Assembly: GCA_015680685.1 (NCBI GenBank)
Contig: MNCI01000744.1
Span: forward strand, 47,783 to 111,782
From: Gnetum montanum
Lineage: Eukaryota; Plantae; Gnetophyta
Direction of reading: 5' to 3'
Length of the DNA: 64,000 bases
In this document: piece by piece, positions 52,601 through 61,609 of the stretch
Layout of the letters: each line of letters opens with the position of its first letter
How positions within the stretch are numbered: position 1 is the first letter of the stretch
Notes under the pieces: generated by a model
Told to the model about the DNA's origin: nothing
What the model saw: only the letters and a program-made list of their open reading frames with translations
Databases searched by the model: none
Translations under genes and position numbers: made by a program

Positions 52601-55600
52601 AGAGTGTAAAGCACAGTATAGATGTTATTCTGTTACTTCTTATTCATTTTTTTCTGCAGTCAGCCATAATTCGTTGTTGTTTGTCAATTTTAACAGTGCA
52701 CATTTATCGTTGACATCATCATGATTTGGTCTATTTTTCTTTAATTAAGATTTATGCACTTTAGGCAACGAATTTTCCTATGTGGTAGTTATCATAATGT
52801 CAATGAAGGGAATTGTTAATAATTAAAAACTCCAAATAAAATGCTCATTTTAGCGTAGAACAAAATGCGGTAACTTTCTTCAGCTTCTTATGTATATATA
52901 CATAAATCATTAAACAGAAGAGCATATTGTATCAATGAAAGTAATTTACAATTTTAAGAAACAAATATGCCTATAAATTAAAGATATAGGATATTTTGCA
53001 TCTACAAAGATGCAAAAAAGTTCCACATGTAAAAGAAAGACAGCATTACCAGATTCCTTCAAGTTACGAGGTACTTGTTTAGCTGCATTACACATCTCAA
53101 GGATTCAGTTTTATCATTATTATCAGAGAAAAATAACATATTAAATTATTCAAAAAAAGCATTCCAAACTGAAATGAAACCGTACTGTAGAGCATCTCAA
53201 AATCATGAATTGATAAGCATCCTGCATTTTTTACTGATGCCAAATAAATGCCCTACAAAAAGACAGAAAGCCCATGATTTGAAATTCAATACAAAGGCCT
53301 TTCTTCACAAGGAAATTTTAAAATAAAATATTATTCAGCAAACTCTCAAACACTGATCTTTCTAAGGAAAATATATAAAGCAATTTCTAGGCAGATGATA
53401 ATCTACATAAGAGTGTCCCAACATTCTGCAACCATTGAACTCAAGCCAGAAAAATAAAAAATTAAAAAAAAAACACTATCAAAACTAATATACTATACTA
53501 TAACTAATATTTCAGAACATAGCCATTGTCTCCTGATATAGATTAGCTTGAAGTAAGGCAGACATGGAATAACTCTTTCTATCCTCCTATACTGTTGCAA
53601 TCATTTATATTTGTAGCTTTACAAGAACTAAATACTATTAGATGAGGATTACGTGTTTTTTGGATTTTTGGTTACATTCTGACGATCTTCATTTCTAGGT
53701 ATTTTTGGCATTCCTGAAAGCAACAATTTCTTTCAGTGTATCTTTATCTAACACTAACTCTATTAAGATTTGTGCATGCAAACTTTGAAAACAGGAATAA
53801 CTTATGAGTCAAACAAACAGATATAAAGAAGTTGCAAGAGCAACCACAAATATTTTGTACATCAAGTACGCAACTGAGAAACCATAATAATATGCCTCCA
53901 CAAATATAGAACACTTTAGATGCAACATTGACCTTATGACTTGGCCTTTTGTAAACACTTTTATGCTATTTTAAACTTCTCAACTACAAGTGTATCTCCG
54001 AGTTTAAAATTGGTGTAAAAGCGATCATCTCTACAAATTACAACAGTTCAATCATATCGATAACAAAACCAGGATATAAATGGTAGATTATTTACCTTTG
54101 AATCAAATTCAACAAACGAAACGCGTTCCCTTCACATACACAAAATATCATTAGCTATGCAGAATGTGGGGATTCATTAAATTGGTACAGTAAAAGACAC
54201 ATTACTTTGCACAAAATGAAAAACATTAATTAAAACATAAGCTAGCATTAATTTGCTTCTAGATATTTTTAATACATATGATATAATCTTCTTCTCAAAT
54301 TCATATAGTTGAACAAAAATAGCTTCAAGTATATTTGTCATAAAACATACAGGAAACGTGTGCACACAATGCCTTAAGATCTTTACCATATTTATGGGAG
54401 GAAAACAAAAATGGGCATTATCTCATATTTGAACAGTCTCAGAATAATAAAAATAATGTTTAGAGAATAACCTGCTTAAAACATTTCTCCAATCAACGTG
54501 TGTGTGATCTACAGTTCCTTGACTTCCCAAATTGAACTGCAAACCAAAAACCACTGCTATCTCAAAAAATTGTATGTGATCTATTTTCTTTTTCCAACAG
54601 GGCTAAAAATTAATAAGAATATAATTTACATTTTACCAAGTTACAGAGGTCTATGATACTTTACACAGATCAAGTACATAAAGAAGCTATTCACTGAAAG
54701 AAAATTGGCCTACTTTTAAAGTTCATGTATTTTTTTCAAATAATATAAAACAGAAAAGATTTAATAATAAATAACCATATAAAACAAGGTTCAATGATAG
54801 TTAACAAATGTTGTTTCTATGACAATATTGGTGAGAGTGGCAATCATATCTTTATGCACTTCCCTACAATTGCTCATTTGTGGAATAAAATTTGGACAGC
54901 TAAAAATCAGTGATTTATAATGCCAAAATCTTTACAAAATCCTGCAGCAGCTTAGACTTGGATTATGGAATACAGCGTTCAAATTTGCTCCTATCACATG
55001 TGATCTTTGAACTTTGAAAGTAAAGAAATAACTAAACTTTTCAGTGAATAGTATGAATAGAACATGATGGTTAGTGGTAAAAAGTTGAAAAGATGTTGTC
55101 AAAAATAAAATGGAATTTAACTGCTCAATAACATGAATATTACCAAATTAGAATTTCTATTTGATTATTTCATTTTTGTGTTACAGCTATCATTGTTTGT
55201 GTTACATTTCAAATCCTTTTTTTCTTTTTTATTTTAATAAATGGTCAGGATGTTATATTATATACAGTAAAGAGTTGCAAGTAGGGAGAGTAGGGTCAAC
55301 TCTCCCAAGGCCAATGGCGGGGGATGTAGAACTCTCATTTACAAAAAGAAATGATGCACAGAACTAAAAATGAAGAAGAAACTATGGAGAAATCAGTCCC
55401 TGCCCCTGCAGTATAAGAAGCTAGACAGTGACCAATTGGCCCACAAAAACCAAAAACTGGAGAACAGAACCCTTTAACAAAGAGACAAAATTGATAACTC
55501 ATCATCTTCGTAGAAGAAGAGAAGTGCAATGACAACCATAGACCAACCACAATATTCCTCTCAGCCTTTGACTTAATAAGATTTGAGGCTTCCTGAATCC

Positions 55601-58600
55601 TTTGGAATTTAGTTTGAAGGTCTTCCCCTTGTGGAGGCATCAGCTCGTGAACTTTATTAAGATGTAGGCCAAAGGCCTTCCTCCTAACAAACCCTTTAAT
55701 CTTGCCCCATGAGGTCCTTATGTGGATCCCTAACTCCACATTAGGACACCTACCAAATCTAAACCAAAGTCTAACAGTGCTCACCAAGGAACCAAGGAAA
55801 TGTTGGTATACCTCCCCTTGCTCCTATTCTTCTTGATGTCTCCCCCCTAGTTTTGTTGGGCTTCATAACAGGTCAACCACTCCTCTTCCATGCACCCGGT
55901 CCCCTCTTCCTAGGCCCGTTATTGTTCCTCCCTCCAAATCTTCTCTGCCCTCCAGTATTCCTCTTCCCTTCTGAAGCATTCCTGTCCCACTTCTTCATAC
56001 AACTAGTTGGCAAAGGGCATCAAGCTCAATCTAGTAACAACGCTAACCCTTCTACTTGAGCCAGAGCTCAATATCTTCCATGACCCGAGCAATCTCAGCC
56101 ACCAATTTAGCATCTAAATCCTTTTTAATATTTTCTTCAAGTTCCTTGAGACAAGCCTGGAACTTCACCTCCACCTCTTGTCAAATTTGTGTGGATATCT
56201 TTTCCTTAAAGCACCTCTTAAAACCTGAGGGCACTCTGCATTCTGGAGACTTGGCCTAGGACATGGGCAACAAGGACAGCTGGCCAGTGGCAGTCTATAG
56301 GCTATCCCCAAGCAGGGAACAGGAGCTGAGAAATCTTATTTCGTTAGTAAAATTTTCTTTTTGCCTTTTCCAAAAAAATATAATTTAGATTTGAAGGTGT
56401 ATTCTATAATACATCAAATAAAACTGAAACTGATTCATTTTGGGAATCAGATAGGTAGAAAGAACATTTGAATCTATTTAAAGTAAAATAGGTTTCAAGA
56501 GAGCAGAGAGACTGCTTTTGACAATTTCTGTTCATAATTTCTTTCTGTCTCAAGTTGAACGATCAGAGTAGAACCTATGACCAGCCAAAACATGTTACAA
56601 GTTCTACAGTACGGGCTACATTTCATTGATCATTCAATCAAAACAACCGTAATGTTAAAAGTAGTGAAGAACTAACTGATTGTACTGCATCATTAGCCAC
56701 CAATTTTATGTTAAGAATTTAAGTATTAATATCAACCTCAATGTTTGTTATGCATATCCACATGTATAACCACAACGGTTTATCTAAACAAGACTAATCT
56801 AGTTATTACATGATTAGCTAAGAAAAGATATGACTGTTGAATGAGCCATGTCCTTTGATTTGACTGTATTAAATGGAAGCCACTGACTGTTTCGCAAATA
56901 TGATACGACATACTCTAATATTGTGGTGTACACACCATAACCGTTCTTTGTAATTCCTATGGTTGTTCACTATGGTCTTCTTTTATGTTCCTTGTTTTAT
57001 GTATACTGAGATCTATATGTCTGTATTCATGTTTACACAAGTTACCTTGTTAGTTTTATCATCTGATTCTATAACTGCCGATGTTTAAGATCACGGTTGA
57101 GTGCTATCATGATGTAGCTAAGTTTCTATTTTTGGTTACTCTGTTTGTCATCAACCAATATCCTTACATCATGGTTTGTTGATCAATATGTGTATCCTGC
57201 GCTTACATGTATTTACAACCATGGTTTCTATCTATTCTCATGTTCACGATTTACATGTTGATACTACATATCAACCTTCTGATTAGTTGGACTTGGTTAT
57301 CCTTATTCGAAGGACCTCAATTTCTTACATTTTACAATCATTTTCTTTTAAATTGATGAAGTCAACTTCCACATTAGGCAATAATGTAGGCATATGCTTT
57401 TAAATCCAACACGATCCATCTTTTTTTTTGTTGAGAAAGTTCAGGTTATCTATTAAATATAACCAGTAAGGTACAAAAAGGTCACCCTTATGACCCAAAT
57501 CACAAGCAGCTAAGGGTCACCCCCTCCCAATGCCCAGAACCGGGGGTGAATTATCCCTCACCATCAAAGAACATGACCAAAAGAGACAAAAGAACAGAAC
57601 AGGAAGCCCCTCCATCAAAAACTGAAGAGAGATTCCCTCCCAACACACTGAACCAGAGTCAAACTCCCCCCCTTCCCACGATCCATCTTGAAGCAACTTG
57701 CTCCTATAATACATTGTATATGTAATGTTTTTTTAATTTCATAATTAATATCCAAAAAATTGATAAGACAACCAAAATCACCTTTTTTCCTATTTGTTAT
57801 TACACACCTTCTACCACTTTACATATATCTTACTTCTTTCATCTTTTGCTTATGCATCCCTAGGAAGCTCATTCTAGTGTCCAATAAACATGGCTTTGAG
57901 AACATAGGTGTAGTAACTTCTACACAAAAAGAAGTTTTCTACAATTATCGACATTTATGCATCAAGCCTACCGTAATGGCTTGAGAGTTCATCCTGCTTA
58001 TGTAAGTTGATGTAAGAGGACTTTCCAAATGCACAGTTCCTACTCGCTAAAACATTAATTTACATCCTTTCATATTTTTTTTCAAAAATAGCCTTCAAAA
58101 AATAACATTGTAATATTATGGCAAATTGATGACACAATAAGAATATCAACATATAGAGGTCGACTACTGTGCCAATGATAGAAGATTTGGTAATAATGAC
58201 ATGGTACTTATCTATAGATCATGAAGGTGATCTACACATGGTCTGCTGGGTGTCTGAACACTTATGTATGTTGTGTCCTACACCACACCAGATGTTGCTT
58301 ATGTAGTTGGAATTACGAGTATGTTCATTAGAAATCCCCATTAGCAGCAAGAAAATTAAGCGGCTACTTTGATACCTAGAAGAAACATCTTAATTAAGAT
58401 TGCGTTTCAGCAACACTAAGATACAGATGAAAATTTTTGTGGAGGTAGATATGATTAGCAATGTGGATTATTAGAATGTACCAGAAATTATGCATTCACA
58501 GTGGCTGCACAACCATGAGTTGGTAGTCATAATTACAAGTGATGGCATTACTACATCTGACGGTAGGTATGTCATTGATATACAGTTAAGCAAAAATATG

Positions 58601-60130
58601 ATATGTTTATAGAGATTTCTTTAGGAGCTTTTCTTGGAGTTTTATTCCTTCTACCTTGTTCTAATTTAGAAGATGAGAACTGTGTACTCTACTGATCAAT
58701 CAGCAAACGATTAACTGTAATTGAGGCATTGATATTTTAGGGTTATTCATCAAATTTCCGTCCTCTTCTTTGCTCCTCAAAAAATTTCTTTTTCCTGTCT
58801 GAATTTGTCCAAATTTTTTGCAATATCTTTTTGTTACCCTTCATCTAAAAATTTAAACATCACCCCCCAACTCTTGAATATTGAAGCTGAAACTGAATAT
58901 TAATCTACCACTTTTCCAATACCGTGTTTGCTCTTCATAAAAGCAACCTTTATCTTGGGTAACTTCCATAACTGCCTTACAGAATTAGTCCTTCAAAGCA
59001 TTTGGTCTTATAAACATAGGCAACAAATTAACACAATGCTTTAGCCTCCAAAGGCAACATACTTCTTTCAAGTGATAGCATATCATATGGTGTTTGCATT
59101 TTAACCTGAAATTCTGCAACGAATTGTTTTTGAACTTTTATAATTTTCACCCATCATTTTCAGCCAACCCTAGTCTAAATACTTGACAGCCATGCTCAAC
59201 AGCTATGGAGAATAACAGTAGCTTGAAAAAGTTGTTTCCTATCTTACCAAGCCTCAATCCCTAACTTTCCAGAATTATCACTTACAGGATCCATCATTAC
59301 TCTAAAAAATTCTTTCTTGGACACATACATTCCACCCAAATATTTTTAAGATATTCCTATATCTACTTGTTTATGTCCAAGCTTAAAGTTGTAGTTCTCA
59401 TTTCTCATACCACTGCACATGATTTTAGTTTTGTACAATTGTTCAATAAATTGTTAGCTTTGTTTTACATGCCATTAACCATTGACAAGTTGGATTACTA
59501 TTGTCTCTCAAGTTGAAGTGTATTTTCATTTACAAATAGTCATGTTAGCTGATGTATAGCTAAGATTTATGAGTTTTTAACTACTATGAGGCAGTTACCT
59601 CATTGTTCTATTATTCCCCCATACTTATTTAAGTAAAGATTCGATGGTTTTTATTGTGCTTAATATTGAAGATTCACTCTAGCTCTGCTGTAGCATGTAG
59701 TCTTTCTAATCCCACGTCAAACTATTGACTAAAAAGTTTTGATCTAACAGAGTGCTCATTTGTTGATTTTAAAACATGAACGTTTAATGATTATAGCAAT
59801 TTTAAAGCGGTTGAATAAAGTAAAGCCTCCTAATTTAATTATGTTTTAAAAAAACAAAATACAATATGGAAATTTCGATACCATTAGCAACTTCTTAAAT
59901 TGATAATAAAAAAATTAGCAGTGATGATTAGCAACCTACTGAACCTAAACATAGAAAAAAAAAGTGGAATCAAATAACTTGATGTTACTTTAATGTGAAG
60001 AATGGATCATAAGAAGAACATGTTGCAAATACAAACAAAGACGATGATCAAACAAATATATCTGAGTGTTCCATACATTACTAAAAAAATGATTTCCGGA
60101 CCTTGAAACTGACTGCGGAAAAACACCAAG
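1533..60130 (-). CDS. Host gene, internal part (11 exons) of a plant transducin/WD40-repeat protein; the first and last exons were not identified and probably lie outside the window
   Basis: Exons 60077-60130, 54472-54536, 54096-54129, 53186-53252, 53050-53082, 44316-44407, 33446-33520, 29703-29785, 12855-12984, 12363-12455 and 1533-1598 splice with compatible phases into 264 open codons: LGVFPQ...RERVSFVEFDSKGIYLASVKNAGCLSIHDFEMLY...ERLDVIHWNPTCQNEVGCVAERTSKVSIFDITY...GFSDMAFS...RVFACGLDGALYQWDRR...VVVVGSKNGTVYAMDLRGG...TSPSPLFTLKISTLLARIINLK. WD/FD-ending repeats are present. Resemblance to the Arabidopsis AT5G12920-type family is from memory and unverified. Confidence 0.88.
2080..3620 (+). 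pseudogene. LINE ORF1 remnant (DUF4283-like RRM region and CCHC zinc knuckle)
   Basis: LINKFF...VKKW...GRLFLFVF...VLMGGP segment typical of plant L1 ORF1; CAICGKASHLAVAC at about 2959-3000. Confidence 0.8.
3630..8299 (+). pseudogene. LINE ORF2 remnant: APE endonuclease, RT, zf-RVT, transposon-protein-like domain, coiled coil, J-domain
   Basis: MRFLSWNCRG..QETK (3630); GDFN, FTWSN, DH; KLNISKAYD, GLRQGDPLSPYLF, YVDD (~5617), YLGLPL; FFLWL..CPLC..EHL; then MEVTPTVEPSC..ITLTMESVATLLGLP; CPY..LHSN..FKSFQEVAHFV..LDIIH. Confidence 0.9.
8985..9150 (+). mobile_element. tRNA-like SINE remnant
   Basis: A-box-like GTAAGG and B-box GGTTCAAGCC (9041-9050); clearly homologous to 63178-63345. Confidence 0.5.
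9449..10340 (-). mobile_element. 5'-truncated LINE: coiled coil, J-domain (HPD), 3' UTR
   Basis: Minus strand GKCPYMWMRINREVTWLALCRHIRIAPAPLHPDGSG..EAFKCF*EAVAFV; HPD at 10016-10008; (TAAA)n-type tail at about 9449-9468. Confidence 0.85.
10373..10800 (-). mobile_element. Short 5'-truncated LINE (J-domain C-terminus, 3' UTR, A-rich tail)
   Basis: FVAFEHHKDVLDLAHMLERPCCPCIRLL on the minus strand; T-rich tract 10373-10417. Confidence 0.75.
11105..11891 (-). mobile_element. Probable solo LTR related to 56709-57329
   Basis: TGTTA...TAACA ends; minus-strand start TGTTAAGAAT..TTAATA..AACCTCAA is shared with 56709; no TSD found. Confidence 0.4.
11707..11875. repeat. Perfect tandem duplication, 84-bp unit
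   Basis: 11707-11790 is identical to 11792-11875 with a 1-nt spacer. Confidence 0.95.
12363..12455 (-). CDS. WD40 gene exon (VVVVGSKNGTVYAMDLRGGNSSSTSVKFLSQ), probable GC donor
   Basis: aacag acceptor; WD repeat; CAG|GCATGA in phase 0, with an in-frame TGA following if unspliced. Confidence 0.85.
12855..12984 (-). CDS. WD40 gene exon (VFACGLDGALYQWDRRASK...TTDEQ)
   Basis: gacag acceptor, cag|gtaaaa donor; canonical WD repeat (DGxLYQWD). Confidence 0.92.
14373..19985 (-). mobile_element. Relatively young, GC/CpG-rich L1 LINE, 5'-truncated in ORF1, with extended ORF2 ending in an HPD J-domain
   Basis: ORF1 part with CGCCGKPGHREANC; ORF2 MKILSWNC at 19042; APE, RT (part in N gap), zf-RVT; extension 15997-15479; J-domain ORF 14545-15081; 19-nt poly(T) at 14373-14391. 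Confidence 0.95.
14640..14871 (-). CDS. LINE-encoded DnaJ/J-domain
   Basis: CPYSLLGISCESSWGELRRHIRRTSAKFHPDAGDSSADRSRREAAMQGIQQAANFMDTEEHRNTLDLLH fits the J-domain pattern Y..LG...E(I/L)(K/R)...HPD...F/M..I..A..L...R..D; HPD at 14787-14779. Confidence 0.8.
21365..27345 (-). mobile_element. Near full-length degenerate L1 LINE; has the extension domain and coiled coil but no recognisable J-domain
   Basis: ORF1 remnants at about 27300-25880; ORF2 MKILSWNCRGQGTPYK at ~25872; EN 25418-25071; RT HYVDE at ~23900; zf-RVT at ~23000; extension 22800-22230; short poly(T) at 21365-21371. Confidence 0.88.
27850..29440 (-). mobile_element. Internally deleted L1 remnant (ORF1/ORF2 junction, EN) with a different 3' segment
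   Basis: MEVLFWNCRG*GTPYK*NTLK at ~28968; LLWSSWR at ~28290, followed by sequence homologous to 51720-52090. Confidence 0.6.
29703..29785 (-). CDS. WD40 gene exon (VLKRTTKVQTPEYIGFSDMAFSAANRN-R), GC donor
   Basis: ttcag acceptor; donor AG|GCAAGT gives the phase 2 required by the next exon. Confidence 0.85.
30085..30517 (+). mobile_element. Short 5'-truncated LINE (J-domain tail, 3' UTR, poly(A))
   Basis: FISKHHRAILDATHT*ERPHYLCTMLPQPI*; poly(A) at 30508-30517. Confidence 0.7.
31060..32060 (+). mobile_element. 5'-truncated LINE: coiled coil and J-domain (HLD variant)
   Basis: AWLQEGKCPYTRMHIN*ESPWPTLGHHIQLAPAPLHLDDKG..AKAFKNFQEAAAFVSTKEF..LD..CHCD; same subfamily as 9449-10340. Confidence 0.8.
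32060..33210 (+). mobile_element. 5'-truncated LINE: linker, coiled coil, J-domain (HPN), 3' UTR, poly(A)
   Basis: RWLQMGHCPYVAMAINCNTTWHALCKFI*ITTRRLHPNDAKG..EEQYKYFQE..HHRAILDAIH..CPC; poly(A) at 33197-33203. Confidence 0.82.
33446..33520 (-). CDS. WD40 gene exon (VGCVAERTSKVSIFDITYVTSKASE)
   Basis: ttttag acceptor, gag|gtattc donor; 75 nt. Confidence 0.9.
34154..34655 (-). mobile_element. 3' end of a divergent J-domain LINE; probably continues at 37356-37665, split by the nested element
   Basis: MLHPNK...MEEKYYIF*QAAGFLFSEADRDVV...PRCSC on the minus strand; poly(T) at ~34155-34161. Confidence 0.6.
34660..37355 (+). mobile_element. 5'-truncated, internally deleted LINE: RT fragment, zf-RVT tail, full extension, J-domain (HPN), poly(A)
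   Basis: KLDIAKGYD, GLRQGDP, QYANDT; MGVTLMYEP at 35613; GHCPYIIMDV..LHPNG..YKEF..HHRAMLDAIH at 36771-37029; A-run at 37351-37356. Confidence 0.88.
37665..40960 (-). mobile_element. Relatively young 5'-truncated LINE (RT, zf-RVT, extension, coiled coil); the J region falls in the N gap
   Basis: KAPGPDG..KLDITKAYD; HYADD at ~40240; zf-RVT 39500-39300; MGVTPTFELDC; coiled coil ending QLDWAHEHSAR at the gap; very similar to 14373-19985. Confidence 0.9.
40985..43110 (+). mobile_element. Two adjacent 5'-truncated LINE 3' fragments; the second carries the coiled coil and a degenerate J-domain
   Basis: Extension motifs at 41005-41400 (ITLSKEVITEYLPLP..QVPKSCLPMLWQ) and again at 41680-41900; J-like 42507-42825 ending LDVVH..CPCTRLP. 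Confidence 0.78.
44316..44407 (-). CDS. WD40 gene exon (VCVAAAVEPVVQIHNHERLDVIHWNPTCQNE)
   Basis: ttctatag acceptor, gag|gtatgc donor; LDVxxWNP motif. Confidence 0.9.
44815..48270 (-). mobile_element. L1 LINE with ORF1 and EN/RT, lacking its 3' half
   Basis: ORF1 DUF4283-like 48001-47513 (VLLGGPWFFG..LVWIWVSRMPWE); ORF2 MTILSWNCRG at ~46858; HYADD at ~44990; ends shortly after the RT core. Confidence 0.9.
48440..51585 (-). mobile_element. Decayed Ty3/gypsy LTR retrotransposon (putative 5' LTR, gag, zinc knuckle, aspartic protease)
   Basis: gag-like WLKALDKHF..LEGMTSTWW (49861-49655); CFKCGEWRYKHLEC; protease-like LIDGEALENVVS..PHPRPYKVHWL; PBS-like TGGTGATACAAAGC at ~50115-50128. Confidence 0.75.
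50845..51200. repeat. Degenerate ~52-bp tandem array containing AGACATCT/AGATGTCT inverted pairs, inside the putative gypsy LTR
   Basis: Repeated CAAGCAAGACATCTACAC...GAGATGTCTCCT..AATCTCAAC units. Confidence 0.7.
53050..53082 (-). CDS. WD40 gene 33-nt exon (TKQVPRNLKES)
   Basis: tgcag acceptor, g|gtaatg donor; symmetric phase 1/1. Confidence 0.65.
53186..53252 (-). CDS. WD40 gene exon (GIYLASVKNAGCLSIHDFEMLY)
   Basis: tgtag acceptor, gtacgg donor; WD-type strand ending IHDF. Confidence 0.9.
54096..54129 (-). CDS. WD40 gene exon (ERVSFVEFDSK)
   Basis: aag acceptor, aag|gtaaat donor; continues into GIYLAS. Confidence 0.85.
54472..54536 (-). CDS. WD40 gene exon (FNLGSQGTVDHTHVDWRNVLS-R)
   Basis: ttgcag acceptor, ag|gttatt donor; phase 2 end matches the next exon. 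Confidence 0.7.
55217..56330 (-). mobile_element. 5'-truncated LINE of a divergent subfamily: coiled coil and J-like domain
   Basis: WFRFGRCPNVELGIHIRTSWGKIKGFVRRKAFGLHLNK..QTKFQRIQEASNLIKSKAERNIV; T-rich tail at 55217-55235. Confidence 0.75.
56709..57329. mobile_element. Solo LTR (621 bp) with 5-bp TSD
   Basis: Starts TGTTAAG, ends CTTACA, flanked by TTTTA at 56704-56708 and 57330-57334. Confidence 0.7.
57421..57700 (-). mobile_element. LINE 3' UTR-only fragment
   Basis: Poly(T) at 57421-57429 next to the family 3' motif AACCTGAACTTTCTC (minus strand). Confidence 0.55.
58210..58640 (+). mobile_element. Degenerate Ty1/copia RT-RNase H fragment
   Basis: LMYVVSYTTPDVAYVVGITSMFIRNP resembles the copia motif LMYAMVCTRPDIAYAVGVVSRFMSNP. 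Confidence 0.65.
58760..59450 (-). mobile_element. Very old non-L1-type LINE remnant (post-RT region)
   Basis: KYLG-like segment, VILHSC*AW and TPYDMLSLERSMLPLEA resemble the region downstream of RT in other LINE clades; heavily decayed. Confidence 0.35.
60077..60130 (-). CDS. WD40 gene exon (LGVFPQSVSRSGNHFFSN)
   Basis: ctgcag acceptor, gtatgg donor, 54 nt; phase 0 joins the next exon. Confidence 0.65.
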
Positions 60131-61609
60131 CTGCAGAAGCCAGTGAAACAGTAATTCATGTGTAATTATATTAAAAGAACAAAACAATTTTTTCCTGAAA
60201 GAACTATTAAAAAATAAAAACATGATATAATCAAAAAAAATTAAAATAAACCTTTTCATATATCAGAATGCTACAAATCAGTATCTTTTATTCTAAAGAA
60301 AAAAAATGATGTCCCTGAATTTGTGCCAAATAAATCAATAAAAAGTAACAACTATTTTCTAAAGCTGCATGTCATATTAAAATGTACAGTAAATGCCAAA
60401 AGTACTTCAAAATATCGAAGATGGAATTTATGCATGTTCAGGTATCCGGGCTGTTGGTCATGAGTCAGAAAAGGCACTTCATGGTCTACTGTTGCAACAC
60501 TAAGAGTGCACAACAATTTATGAATCAAGTCCTCCTACATGATTTCTTTTTTAAAAAGGCTTTATAATCCTGTTGGAGGACCCCTAATAACCATCCTCTA
60601 AAATCAGTACATATTTTATTTTTCTCTAATCCTCTTAAAACATGGGCCTCGACTTACACTACTAACTAATAAGGATATGACTCATTATAATGATAGGTTA
60701 ATTACAGGGCCTACATAGCTCCTTCCCTAATTAGTCATAACAAGTTGATAAGATGAGACCTTACTAATTCTAAGGATTAGTACATCAATTACATACTACT
60801 ATCTATCTTGAGTAGTATCATGATAGCTTAAAGACTAGCATAGCCAAAGATGGTGGCTAACACTTCCCATCACTTAAGAAGCTAGAGACTTATTTCAAGT
60901 TTTGTTTAAAAATAGCACCAATGGATGTGGTTGGATGTAATCCTAACCTTCCACTATGTTTCCACCAAACAAGATCATTTAACTTATAATAGGCTTCAAA
61001 CAATAGCTAGGGATCAAAAATGTATAAGTTTCAACAACTTTGCCTATGCAATATGGCATTGCATTCCTACATTGAGGGTCATCCCATGCGAAGAACTCAA
61101 GCCTTAATTTCACCAAGGGAATGAGGGAGAAATAGGTAACAAACTACATGAGTTACCCACCCCACCTAGTGAGGGTGCAACCCAGTTCCATAATGTAAGC
61201 TCTGCCTAGTAACAACTGTACGGGGGCTACCTTTGGGGTGCCATGATGGAGGGGTGTAAGCCCTGCAAGCGGCAATCACCATCTGGTCATGAGTTAGGCT
61301 ATCTTCAAGTTCTATGCTACACAAACAAGAATTGGCTCAACCATCATTTTTAGACTATACCTTGATATACTCCCAAAATAGGTGACCAAGGATCATACAT
61401 GAGGTGGATACACACTTACAAATGATGCTTGCATCATGCACCTATGAAAGAGTTTAGGTGAATTGTTTATTCTAGGGTCCAAAGGGCTTCTAACCATAAT
61501 TCATATGGGTTCATTTTATAGAAAGCAAATAAACATACATGATCACATATATATTTTCTTTCTTTTCTTTGCACAAATAAAAGAACATAATTATTGATAA
61601 ATAACTGGG

